DNA of 55,411 nucleotides, filler included, from Sphacelaria rigidula (Eukaryota), in assembly GCA_964200075.2 (NCBI GenBank). It is 4 parts of 4 records of this genome, joined end to end, with 100 filler letters (N's around TTAATTAATTAA, not from the genome) between each part and the next. Parts side by side here need not be neighbours in the genome. Positions count along the whole stretch, not along the records: positions 1 to 13,779 come from CAXNAA020002672.1; positions 13,880 to 27,658 come from CAXNAA020002673.1; 2 more parts are not named here. The stretch is one strand, 5' to 3'. A program made the translations under genes and the position numbers. The notes beneath the pieces are model-generated. The model saw nothing but the letters and a program-made list of their open reading frames with translations, searched no databases and was not told the origin of the DNA. Shown one piece after another: positions 13,101 through 25,228 of the stretch. Within the stretch, counting starts at the first letter, position 1; each line of letters starts with the position of its first letter.

Positions 13101-13779
13101 GCCTCTTGAATCCAAGTGATACAGGAGACTCCAGTCATGGAGGTAATGAGTTCGAATCCCGTTATTCTCCATGTTTTCTTCCGTCGTTAAGACTTTGTGA
13201 AGATGATATATTATGCAAAACATTTTATTCATTTTTTTCTTCTTCCAGCGGCGGTGCCGTATGTCTCCAGCTTGGTCTGCACAGCGATATGCTCAAGTGG
13301 CGCTGATTTAGGAAACTTGAGAAGTTGTGGTGTGGAAAGTGAATCCGGGATTTACTGCTGGCCCAGCTCATAGTCCGTATCGTTTTGAGACATAACTCAT
13401 GGTACATAGGGAATTGCACCGTCTGTATGGACGGGTAGTTCAGGAAGGAGGCCGTCCCGGCCATCCTGGCGTGAGACAAAGCGTCGTCGCTTTGTCGAAC
13501 GGCACGTGGTCGCACTCAAAAACCACACCCTGGACAGTAGATCACATAGTCAAAAAGTGTACTGCGTCCAGTATCGAATATTGCGTCTGTTGCAATAGAC
13601 ATCAGGTTCGATACTGTGCACAGTACACTTCTTGACGATGTAACCCATCGTCCAGGGTGTCCAAAAAACACCTTGCAAAAACGCCACACCCTGGACAATA
13701 GACGGCATCAATAGAATCTGCTACAGTAGATGCCAATATTGGCGTCCGTAATGCCCATCGGTCGGCAAGTATATCTTTC

Positions 13780-13879
13780 NNNNNNNNNNNNNNNNNNNNN
13801 NNNNNNNNNNNNNNNNNNNNNNNTTAATTAATTAANNNNNNNNNNNNNNNNNNNNNNNNNNNNNNNNNNNNNNNNNNNN
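13780..13879. other. Artificial contig linker N44-TTAATTAATTAA-N44
   Basis: A 100-bp spacer whose 12-mer gives stop codons in all six frames. Identical at all three junctions. Confidence 0.97.
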
Positions 13880-13980
13880 CAGGATCCGGAGGGAGGCGAG
13901 TTCAATGGTCCTAAAAAAATGGAAGGAAGGATCAGGAGGACCCCCCCCCCCCCCCAATCCAAGCACAAACGTACACGAAC

Positions 13981-16900
13981 CTCAAAGCCGATGACTCCCG
14001 CTCTCCGTTTGCCCTCGACACGTCCTACCACCGCCGTCCCGTCCGCGCGCACGACGAGGAGCAAGTAACGGTCAGTCCCTCCGCTGTCCGCTTTGCCACG
14101 GCCCCACGCCATTACTCGGGGAACGCAATTGTCGCCGTCCTCTAGCTCTAATGCCCCTTCCGATTGAGCGGGGACCGTCGCAAAACTCCTCGTCCTGAAA
14201 ATCAGCACCTGAAAAAAAAGGAAGGTTGGGTAGTTCGTATTACATCGGCGGGAAGAGGTGAGAGGGTTGGGGCGGGGAAAGGATTATTTCGACCGTGATT
14301 TATTTGACCACTATCGTACCAACTTCTTGACCGATAGACGGGGGGGGGGGGGCGTACGTACTTTTTTGTCACTTGCCTTCGTCATTCGACTGTTGATCAC
14401 CATCCCTTTCGAGATGGAGCACTACAGAGGCAGGGGGGGGGGAGGGGGAGGGGGAGGGGGAGCTTTGCGCGAAGACGCAACTGGGTAATGATATAGATGA
14501 ACTCCGTGAACAGGTGTGTGGCGACCCCTGCTATGAAGCAAAAACTACCATGCCACGTGTGTGTTTGGCTCGACCATGGTGCTGTTGCCGTGCGCTGTGT
14601 GCGCCAGCAAAATGCCGGCATGCGTACCTCTATATCTGCATACAGCTTTTTGGACAGGAATTGTACATAGCAAACACATGGGAACAACGGGCAGGGCAAT
14701 GAGGTTGCGTCCAAGCGTGTCTGGATAGAGAGAGGGAGAGAGAAGAGGAATGCGACGGTCTCTCGTGCAGGCGTATCATCCTCGGTTTGTCAACTGAGCA
14801 GTAGTACCGCCGAGTAACTAAATGCGAACAACAACACCGGACATGTGGCCAACAAGATCTTCCGAATTCATGGGGTATAGATCTTTTAGCATGACCCCCC
14901 CCCCTCCCCCCCAACCACATTGCTCCCTCCCGAGAGTGCACAAGATCGGACAAAATGCACGAGAAAAGATCTGTGAGATTTTCCCTGACCTGTCCGTCGA
15001 TCGCGGCCGCCACGCGCTCGCCATCTCCGGAGACTGCTATGCAAGACGGTCGACCTCCGAGCTCAACTCGTGCGCGGGTGGGAACAGCGTCGATCGGCTC
15101 CGGGTCCTCTTCGCCCAGAGTGGCGACTGCCACGGCATCGATGTCTGCCACGAGGATACCTACAGACAAGCAACATGAGAGAGCGGTTAGCACTCTCGCA
15201 GCGCTCATGACACTTCTTATGAGACATCATGAGACCAAATCTGCACTTGTGAAAACTTTTTCCTGCCCCCCAGCCGCCGCCCCGACAGGGGATGGCCGTG
15301 TCGGGGTAAGCTGACCCCGACCACCAACAAAACGACGACATGCTTTTAGGAGAGAAGTGACATAACCTACGGACTAGTCTGTGGATTGTGCCCGCCATGA
15401 TGCGAACACACAAATCAGCCGGTGGGCCATGTTGACAGTTCTAAACTCCACACCTAACCCCGCAGCTGCTGAGGTTTTTACCCTGTACTGGAGACGAAAA
15501 ACTCAACCCCGAAGCTGCAAAGTTTCACCTGAAGTTGGGGCACTGTGACAAAAAATATGTCGATGGAGATGAGACATTCGTGAGTTAAGAACTAGATTCG
15601 GCGGACTGGACCAAGCGGGCGACGCGGGCGGGGACGGCTGCACCCTCCCCGCGAGACCAACACGCGCGGATCAAGTACCATGACCGACGTTCCAGGGCAG
15701 AATTGAAACAGGAAAAAAAGAACCATGCGCGAAAGATTCGAAGGAGGAACAGATCCAAAAGGAGGGTAGAACAAAGAGCAGTGCGTATAGATATAGATAA
15801 GGCTAGAGCTAGGTCGCATATGAGGGAGCTCAAAGTGGCGAGCTGCAACGCCTGTACATGCTGAGGCGATACTGCACAAGTGTCAGTCAGGAGGTGGGTT
15901 GTGACGTCATCGGACTGCGGAAGGAAACAAGATCGAGCAGAAGTGGGTCCGCAGGCGCGAGATATCGTGCCGCCTGCTGAGGGGTGGAAGGGGGAAAGGG
16001 AAGGGCTGAACGACACGGGGTCGAGTTGGCGATCAAGGAGTCGATCATCAATAAGGCTGCATGGATTAAGGCGCTTATCGGCAAACGCCTCACGTCGATG
16101 ATTTTCAACCGGGGAAACGAATCGAACGCTGTCACGTTTGTAGTTGCGTGTGCCCCTACAGACACATTGAAGTCGAGACAAGAGAGAGAGGGAGAGAGAG
16201 GGAGAGAGAGGGAGAGAGAGGTGTTACGGACTCAGTTGGACAGCGCTGTGAAACGAGTCCCCAACAATCACCACATAGTTATCTTGATGGACGCTGATGC
16301 TAGGACTGGGGTGTAAGGAAGGGAGAGGAGGACTGTAAAATAGTGGGGGGTATGCGACCGGGACTCCCCAACCAATGACAGTAACGGCACCTCAATGCTA
16401 TTATCTGCGGGTGACAACAGGCTCACCCTAATCACGTTTCTCCCAACCCCAGGGGAGGTATGCCACGTACGTTCAACGGTATTGCGAATCGTCCCGCGGA
16501 CAAAATACACGTGAGCCACATCATGATGCGGCAAGATCACAGCAGGCTCGCCTGCAAAGTCGCCGTCCACCTTCCGCGCAGACATCGGAATGGTGTCGCA
16601 ATGTGAAGACAACAACAACAATAATAACAACAACAACGACAGCAACTTTCAACCACCCAACTCGCCGGGCACTGGCCATAACATCGTGTGCGCTCAAGTA
16701 CGGCTCCTCGATCGCTTCGCAGGCAACAGACCTTGGCGAACCCTCACGGGGCGCAAAGCGATCGACAGGCGGGCAGTCAAGTCCCACACCGATAGACGTC
16801 AGGCAAATCACCCAGCTCATCACCAGCGAACTCAAGGAGGGTATAATCGACCCTACAGTCAGTGCATTGGCTGCGAATATCGCCGACATACTCCCGAGCT

Positions 16901-19900
16901 CTGCTGAGAAGGCGGTGCCCCGCCAGACTCGAAAGCCAGGTTTACCGGGGCGGTTTCGAGGATGCCACCATCCGAACTGAGGTCAAACAGGTCTGGAATC
17001 AGGAGGAACAGGCGAGGTTGACGTTGCGAATAGGATAGGACCGGGAGGAAACCCCCGCATGGTGCAGCTTGCGAGCAGCGTGCAGGAAATCCAAAGAGAT
17101 GATCCAAGCTGGGAAGGACGGGCACCTGGATGTGTACGCAAAGGAACTATAAGAGTAGATTCGAATGGGAGACATGAGAGGATGGTACAGACATCCGAAA
17201 GAAGAATGACGTGCGGGACGAAAAATAGAGAACAGTGTACCAAGGACGAGGACGGGAACCCACTGCAGGATCTCCATCAAAGTGAACCGACGCATCAGCG
17301 CTGCGTGGGAACGCCTCCGGAATATAGACCCTACCTCTACGATCGACCCAAGACCCAGATACATCTGAAAATCCGGCAGCGAAAAAGCGGAGATGGTGGA
17401 AGCTATGCTGTCTGGATATGCTACATGGACGCTGCGTCCCGAGGACTTCGAGAATCTTGCTGATCACAAGCTCTTGCGGCGAGTGGTTGTATTCCACAAG
17501 GAAGAGCGGACGAGCTACCAAGACGTTATTGTACAGATATGTGCTCGAGATCAACCACGAACGTCTCGACACGATCATCCCCCAAGCGTCAACTCTGGGT
17601 CGCGGGCGACTTTGTCCGGCAGGGCGAAACACCTCATTCAAAGCGCGTCATGTTCGGACGATTAGCCGCGCAAGGGACCCAAGGAGGCTGGCCGCCCCCC
17701 CAGACACTGGGGGGTGGGGGACCGCCTCCAGCGGTAGAGTTGACCGGACTTGGACTACAAAGCTGGATTAATCTATTTGAGTGTGAACATCGAGAGTCGG
17801 ATACTTAGAGGGGCTTCACCGTCCCGTGTGCTCCTGGCGTGCACAGAACGCGTTTTCGTCCAAATCGGCGCCACAGTCGCCGATTCGAGGTCTACCAACG
17901 CCACACTTCGCCTAGGGAAACCCTATGCACCTCCCTCACCAAAGGGTTCTCGGCATGCCTTGGGTTGGGGTTAGGATTAGTTTGGCGTTAGTTGTAAAAT
18001 GTGTTAACCATGAGTAGAATGTAGCGTGACTATGGTTACCGCACCTCGCCTCCAGGAGAAGCTGCGTGCACTGAGGGCTCTTCCACAGAGAGGAACACGA
18101 CGTGTAAACGGTGTGGAGGTCGAAGACACACACGACCGCGTCATTGCGGCGAAGAGTATGGGCAAATGGCACACTGGAGTCGAGAAAGGGGCGGGCGAGC
18201 TCGAGAAGTGGCGACGCGAAGACAAACTCCGATCGGACCTTCGCCACGAATGACGGGCTATTGAGTCGAGAGCCGACGATTGGAGAGCTGCCGCCGCCGC
18301 TGCAACAACAACAGCAGCAGCTCGCGAGGAATCCAGGATTGGAATGGTCTGGAGAGAGGCTCGGTTTGTACCCGACTAGAGATGAGGAGGGGCAGCGGGA
18401 TCGAGGGGGGTGAAGCACAGAGACTGATCTCCCCCTGTCTTCGCTTATTGGTTGTTGACCTTTTCCTTGGCTCATGATCGTGTGTGTTCCTGGTTTGCCC
18501 CTGTACACGTTCTACTTTGTTCTTGAGTTCCATCGCGTCGCTTCCGTATTTTTTTTTCTCTATTGTCTCTTTCTCCCTCTGCCTCTCTTCATCTCGCTGT
18601 TCCCATCCTACCAGTACTACAGAGGAGCAGTTTGACGCTTTGCTTCCGTAGGGCTCATGGGTGAGAGCTTTTGCCCGGAAAGTATGGTACGAAATACGTG
18701 AGCCGCCATCTTCTCCCACGACCTGTTTTATTGCTCCAAGTATGGGTGCGTGCGTCCTTCTTCAGTAGTCGTTTTTTCGCCTGAAGCTATGCTACAGGGG
18801 AACGGCCAGTTCCAGTTTTTATTCCGTTTTTCATGTATAAATTCATTCATTTTTCACCGGAACCATTTTAGTTCCTTCATGTTTCTATTTTTTCTTTACT
18901 TTCCTTTTTTTTCTGATTGTTTTTGGTTTCGTTTTCAGTTCATCTCCGTTCGTTTCATTTCTTCATTTTCCCTCTTCTTTTTTTTCCTAGACGGCGTTTA
19001 CGTTATGGGTACTTTGGGTGCATGCCTCTTGTGACCACGGCTAGGTCTCTCGAGGATTAGTCCATATGTGGCAATAAAAATCAAGCAAGTGGGGAGAGGA
19101 AGTGTTGTCGGTGTTGGTGTTGGTGTGGCAAAATGGAACACGAATGAGCGGTCTGGGGTGGCATTGCTGTTGGCGCTATGGTGCACGACCGTGGATGACG
19201 GACTGTTTGCTCCACAACCTTACGGTGACTACACCATAATAGGCGTGAATACGTAGTGGCGGGCTTACAGGAGTACTTGAGTACTTACAGGAGCAAGTCA
19301 GTAGGGTACAGAGTATTAATTGTACATGCAGTGATGGTGCTTGTCTTTGTAGGTTGTGAGGCATATGACGTCCGCAGTGCTCGAAAAGGCAGACAGAGCT
19401 GCGCAGCGCACGAAGTCAACATCAGCTGCACCAACATCATTCGTATCTGCACAGAAGCACCACCATGTATTATAGAGCACTCCAGCCGCTCGATTTATGT
19501 CCTTTTCGCGCGGGAGCGATCTCGGCCCTGTGTGCCGCAAATTGAATGTACAACAGTCAAGTAACCCGCCAGCATAACTTGCGGAAGCGACACCTCTCCC
19601 GCCCCCGAAAAAAAAACATCGAGAACAAAATAAAACAGACCATGTCGGACGACTGTTACAGCTACAGTCTACGACACTACAGGAAAACCCTCTGCCCCAA
19701 ACGTCGACATCTCCGATCATGAGCACATCACATAGCACCCGGGTGCTAGACTCCGCACACCCTGCAGGCCACCGGTACCCTCATGTACTGCCATGACTGA
19801 CACTCACCCCACGAGCAGCACACCAACAGCAAGCCAAACCGGTCAATGACGGCGATTCCGCTATGGTCATTCCCATCTTCCAATGCCACCTTCCCCCCAT

Positions 19901-20144
19901 CTCCCTCTGGGTCAACCCTCAGCCGGCGCCTCGCGCGCCTCAGCCCCAACCTGTCAACACCATCGCCCATAGCAAGAAATTGGCTCGGGCCAAATGCCTC
20001 TTCAGTGTCCTCCTCCTCGTCCTCCTCCTCTTCGCCTTCCGTGACGTCGTCGTCACCATCATCTTCGGAAGAGCGATAGTGTTCTCCATCTAGGACTTCG
20101 CCACCCTCGGTTTCACTATCGGATGTTCCTCGATGACGAGGCAT
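13981..20144 (-). CDS. Spliced gene, 5' part: probable Nup214/Nup159-like nucleoporin N-terminal beta-propeller
   Basis: Exons 20144-19808, 15159-14990 and 14208-13981 have GT-AG ends and consistent phases (1, 0, 0). The joined protein reads ..LRRARRRLRV..HSGIAVIDRFGLLLVCCSW|GILVADI..RPSCIAVSGDGERVAAAIDGQ|VLIFRTRSF..VMAWG..LLVVRADGTAVVGRV. This parallels Nup214 motifs as I recall them (LAVSNKYGLVF, IHHLALSCD, MKWNP, ADGSI). The exon structure is firm; the product identity is inference. The gene runs off the contig. Confidence 0.65.
15950..19085 (+). mobile_element. Degenerate, internally deleted RTE-type non-LTR retrotransposon in intron 1, antisense to the host gene
   Basis: AP-endonuclease motifs: HGVELAIKES, VTFVVACAPTD, ILMDADARTG, GHNIVCAQVRL. 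C-terminal motifs: EAMLSGYATWTL, KRQLWVAG..KRVMFGRL, AAKSMGKWHTGVEKGA. Many stops and frameshifts, and no recognisable RT core. A long pyrimidine-rich 3' region follows. Confidence 0.85.
17732..18046. mobile_element. 315-bp insertion within the LINE, flanked by a 9-bp direct repeat
   Basis: CGCCTCCAG at 17723-17731 and 18047-18055. Removing the insert rejoins the LINE reading ..RLQ|EKLRAL. Confidence 0.6.
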
Positions 20145-21975
20145 CGTGTTGCCCTTCTGATAGTGGTACAGTACAGGTGAGCCAAGGTTGAGCGGATGTC
20201 GTGGTGGTTTCGATTCACAGTTGCCTGCGCGGGGAAACTAGAGATGCTTACTGTTCAGACCCGAGGTCGTAGAACGTTGACAATCGCCGATTCAAGCAAA
20301 CGTCCGGGTGCATATGACAAAATACAAAATACAATATAGAGGATGTTAGACACGCATGCCGTCTTCTTTGAAATGACTGTAGAAATAATTCATGTAGCGA
20401 GCTGCTACAAATCAACCGTTTTCATAAACGAAATGCTGGGGTAGAATAACCAAGAAATGGATAATAAGATTCACGTATCATGACAACACGTATCATAACA
20501 CATTCAGAATAGTTTGGAGCGGCGCATACACCTCAGTTATCCGGCAAGGCGTCGATACTGGACAAACAGTACAGCACATTGATTTATCGGGTAGCACATC
20601 ATACCTCGTGGATTTTTACTCTGCATCCCCTACGAGTTTTCGACACGATGGCAAAATAAACTGCTTGTTGTTGATCGAGAGTTATAATCCAAGGGACATT
20701 TTTGATCAACGGGATCTGTTTTTTCTGACCCAATTTGGATGTGCAAAACATGCTTTTAAATAGCTTGGGAGACAGAGCTGGCTTGTTCGGGTCGGCGACT
20801 TGCGGTGTGGCTGAAGACAATACACCGGCGAGGTAGATGGACACAATGCGTTCTCTATCTCCCCAACGTGGCCAACGCCCTCCAAATGAAGGACGCAGTA
20901 ACAATGGCGCAGCGAGATTAGGTCGAAATCTGGCGCATGCTGTGGGCGACGTGAATCAGGTGCTGCTGCTCCACGCGGTGCTGTGCGTAGCCGTCGGGGG
21001 GTGAGTTCCCGTAACGTAGTGCTGCCTGCTGTATGTATTATCGTGCCGTAGCATATGCTGTGTTCTGTTGTTGCTGGGATTTGCACAGCTGATAGATTTG
21101 AAAATATGACGGTCGGTCTTCTTCAACTTTGTTGTACATGGGACTGAAGCCCACAACAGTACAGTAGTAGTAGTAAGCTGCCGTACGACAGTACCGGCAA
21201 GTGCTGGATCTAGCCTGTCATAGCGTTTCCCTGAACCTGGCGACTAGAGGATATGATCACCGTCTGTAAGCTGTCCTTGCGCTTCGGTAGCCTTTGCCGC
21301 ATTGCAGACGCTATATGGCTACGGGTAGGTGTCAGGCTTAAGCGAGGGTGGGAGAACTACGCATTGCAACCATGCTACCTAGGTCGGTGTTCCTCATATA
21401 GGCGGTTGTTTCCGTCTCATATCCAAAGTGCGCAATCAATCCTCCCGTCTTGATCCACCTGGGAGCCAGCTCCAGTCCTGGGACAAAATAAAAAACGTAA
21501 CAAAATATACCGGAATGCCCGCACGATGTTTGTGAATGCCCGCACTTGGCCCGCATACCAAAGCAATCGCACTTCTAAACAGAAACTTTGCTCGTTAATC
21601 CCTCGACCGTGGTTAAGATCACCACCGTGAAACTTGGAGCACTATCATAGTCGGACACAACACGGGCAGTATGTGTGTGCACCGGAGAACGGCTCCTTTC
21701 AGCCACTGAGCAAATTAAATCTGAGCGAATACCGATATACCGTCGATACGCCTCAACACGGCTATCTCGCAGCCCAGATTCTATGCACTGTGAGTGCATG
21801 CGTATGTGGACATGGTGGTGGACTCACTTCCACATTATGAACACCTGGGATAGGGTGCAGTGCTGGCAAACATCGATGAGTACTGTTATGCCCGTGACTG
21901 GGGGTCTTGGCGACCAAAACTCCGTGGGCAACAAAGAAAAAAATAAAGGCGGAGGAATATTGGAGACGTATTGAG

Positions 21976-23068
21976 GGCGGCGGGCCCATGGGTACGGGCC
22001 AAATTATATAACGCATACACTGATTTCAAGTAATTTAATTTAAATTATTTCCAGTCCCTCTACATTATATAACGCATTATCTAACGCAAACTTGATTTTA
22101 GTATAGACTCCGTCACACTCGTGATCACGGGCCTTCTGGTCCCTGCAGCCACTGCAGCCACAGTACAGGACTGTACTGTGCTGCGGAAAGGTGGTATCCA
22201 GGACACCAACGGCCCCACAAGGAGTGCTTTTTCTTTCTGTATACGGGTTGGTGTCCCCAACCTTCGCTACGAGCGTCGTCGTGCCTGCGGTATCGCTGCG
22301 GTGGCGGGGGTCGGCGTTGCAGTCTCCATTTTTTGCGCTGAGCTAGCTTTCGCCTCCTGTACCCTGCACGGCTTTGGATACGGGGCATGAGATAAGGCGG
22401 TGCCATCGTTGTCGCTGTGCGTTGTTTCGTGCTCTCTAATGGCATAACCCCAGGAAAGGACTGTATCGGCATTAATGCTGCTACTGTAGCTCTCTACTGT
22501 TGGCCGTCGTGGTTTTGTTCGGGATGGCTCGTGTTGGGCTGTGCCGTACAGACAGTACTCACGCGATGCCGACCGCCTGGCCAGGGTTGGCGCATCTTGC
22601 GGTAAAGATACAGTTGGTACCGCGACAGAAATTGTTTGGAGATGCGTTGGCGAAGACAACCAAATACTCTTACACACGAGACATCAGACAGCTAACACAA
22701 ACATGTATCTCTCTTGCATGTGTGATTCCGTGTGCCAGAGCACCACCCTCCTTCGAAGGTATACCGTATAAGCTTGTTTCATGATGGCATGGTGCCTGTG
22801 AAAATATCATCGATGTACTGAACTGCTCTGGGCTGTAGCCAGCTAGCGGAGGGAAATGAAGCCCAGACCGGGCCTGGACAGAAAAAAAAATCCAAACAAT
22901 TCAATCTTATTGTCCTCTCTGCGGTACATGGGACTTGAGTAGCGCACGTGTGTCCATCAACACAGAAATCCAGGGTCAAATTCCTTCGAGAATCATGGAA
23001 AACAACGAAAAAATCGATGATTTTAGTTTGATTATTATATAACGACCCGTACCCATGAACTCGGTGCC
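21976..23068. mobile_element. Non-autonomous TIR DNA element, copy 1 of a tandem dimer (Merlin-like ends)
   Basis: The left end GGCGGCGGGCCCATGGGTACGGGCCAAATTATATAA and the right end TTATATAACGACCCGTACCCATGAACTCGGTGCC form an imperfect TIR. The element is colinear with 23075-24126. Confidence 0.75.
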
Positions 23069-23074
23069 TCCGCC

Positions 23075-24126
23075 GGCGGCGGGCCCATGGGTACGGGCCA
23101 AATTATATAACGCATACACTAATTTCAAGTAATTTAATTTAAATTATTACCGGTCCCTCTACATTATATAACGCAAACTTGATTTTAGTATGGACACCGT
23201 CACCCTCGTGTTCACGGGCCTTCTGGTCCCCGCAGCTACACCGCAGAAAGATGGTATCCAGGGCACCAACGGCCCGACAAGGAGTGCTTTGGCTTTCTGT
23301 ATACGGGTTGGTGTCCCCAACCTTCGCTACGAGCGTCGTCGTGCATGCGGTATGGTCGCGGTGGCGGGGGTTGGCGTTGCAGTCTCCATTTTTGCGCTTA
23401 GCTAGCTTTCGCCTCCTGTACCCTGCACGGCTTTGGATACGGGGCATGAGATAAGGCGGTGCTATCGTTGTCGCTGTGCGTTGTTTCATGCTCCCGGATG
23501 GCATACAACCCCAGGAAAGGACTGTATCGGCATTAATGCTGCTACTGTAGCTCATTACTGTTGGCCGTCGTGGTTTTGTTCGGGATGGTTCGTGTTGATC
23601 GGTGCCGTGCAGACAGTACTCACGCGATGCCCGCCGCCTGGCCAGGATTGGCGCATCTTGCGGTAAAGATACAGTTGGTACCGCGACAGAAATTGTTTGG
23701 AGATGCGTTGGCGAAGACGACCAAGCACTCTACACTCGAGACATCAGACAGCTAACACAAACATGTATCTCTCTTGCGTGTGCGATCCCTGTGCTAGAGT
23801 ACCGTCCCCCTTCGAAGGTATACCGTATAAGCTTGTTTCATGATGACATGGTGCTCGTGAAAATATCGTCGATACACTGCACTATTCTGGGCTGTAGCCA
23901 GCTAGCGGAGGGAAATGAAGCCCAGACCGGGCCTGGACAGAAAATACAAACGAACAATTCAATCCTATTGACCTCTCTGCGGTACATGGAGCTTGAGTAG
24001 CGCACGTGTGTCCATCAGCACAGAAATCCAGGGTCAAATTCCTTCGAGAATCATGGAAAACAACGAAATAATAGCTGATTTGAGTTTCATGATTATATAA
24101 CGACCCGCACCCATGAACTCGGTGCC
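23075..24126. mobile_element. Non-autonomous TIR DNA element, copy 2 of the tandem dimer
   Basis: Same termini as copy 1 and separated from it by TCCGCC. The outer flanks are GTATTGAG (21968-21975) and GTATTCAA (24127-24134). Confidence 0.75.
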
Positions 24127-25161
24127 GTATTCAATTGAAGACGTCATAGACTGGTCGGACCTGTGCCAAACCTCTGTCAAACGGAACACACGCTCCATCC
24201 CAAGTACCTAGGTTCAGCATGCGACAGCTATAAGTTTTCCATCGCGTATTTCTCGAGACAGGGAGCAAACCGGCCTGCGGCACTTCACAGCCAACACACT
24301 ACACCTAGTCAGTGTGGCGACGAAGTTGCTCAATTCGCCACAGCGGATCCGAGAAGTCCCAGGACGTTGAAGGAAACGCGTTTTTTAGTACATGTTGTGT
24401 TTGGTGCAGCGGTTTGCAAAGTGCTGCGGCCTCCGCGGCACGTGTTACGGAAACCTGCCGCTACACGGAATAGTTCTGGTGTGGGGAAGCGCACGCATCA
24501 AACCGCAGTCCAATCCTCTACTTTGTTGCCGAGAAAATTGCGTTGAAAGATAGGCGCAACAACAACACGAGCAGCAGCTTCTATCCTCCTGTTGTTGTAA
24601 CCCTGTGTACAGCTATACAGCAACGTCAGTCACAGGTTTGTTGTAGAATGCACCATGGTGATGGTGCATTTTGTATGAGCGTCGTCGTCATTTCACGTGA
24701 CGTGTGTACTTGTTTGTGACTGATACTGATTGGCTCATCTTTCATTTCTTCTGCATTCAAGTGACTGTGTAGTTGGTTCATTTTCCCGGTATATATTACC
24801 GGGGGAGAGATGGGTTGATCCCTTGAGACCACGGACTCATCCCGACAAAGGGGAGGGGTTTAAAGTGTGAGGGGGAAAAAAAGTGCCCAGAATCGGACCC
24901 CATTCATTGGCATAACTGTACTGGCACACCCTTTGGACAATGACAATATGGAGAAAGTCGTTCCGGTATCGCCCCTAGAAATGCTCAGCGGGGGGCACGG
25001 TCGTACGCGCGCTATCGTCGCTGCAAGGTCGCTGCAAGGCGCTGAAACTTCGGACCCATGTCATGTAAACTACAATCAACAAGCTCATGTGTCTTGATCT
25101 GAGGTTGGGCGTTTTAACCGTAGTGCGCAAGGGGATAAAAAGAGCTCGGATTCTGTTCCGA

Positions 25162-25163
<2 letters not shown>

Positions 25164-25228
<65 letters not shown>
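25164..25228 (+). repeat. (TTA)n microsatellite, about 21 units
   Basis: Seen directly. Confidence 0.97.

Noticed and set aside
13110..13170. B-box-like GAGTTCGAATCCC suggesting a tRNA
   Set aside because: There is no A-box or cloverleaf pairing upstream.
13522..13700. CACACCCTGGAC motif in direct and inverted copies
   Set aside because: There are only three short copies beside a contig end, too little to classify. It is not a CRISPR array.
13824..13835. TTAATTAATTAA as a biological motif such as a piggyBac site
   Set aside because: It is embedded in Ns and identical at every junction, so it is an artificial linker.
22121..24000. Duplicated ORFs inside the tandem TIR elements as cargo genes
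   Set aside because: The frames are not conserved between the two copies and show no recognisable domain.
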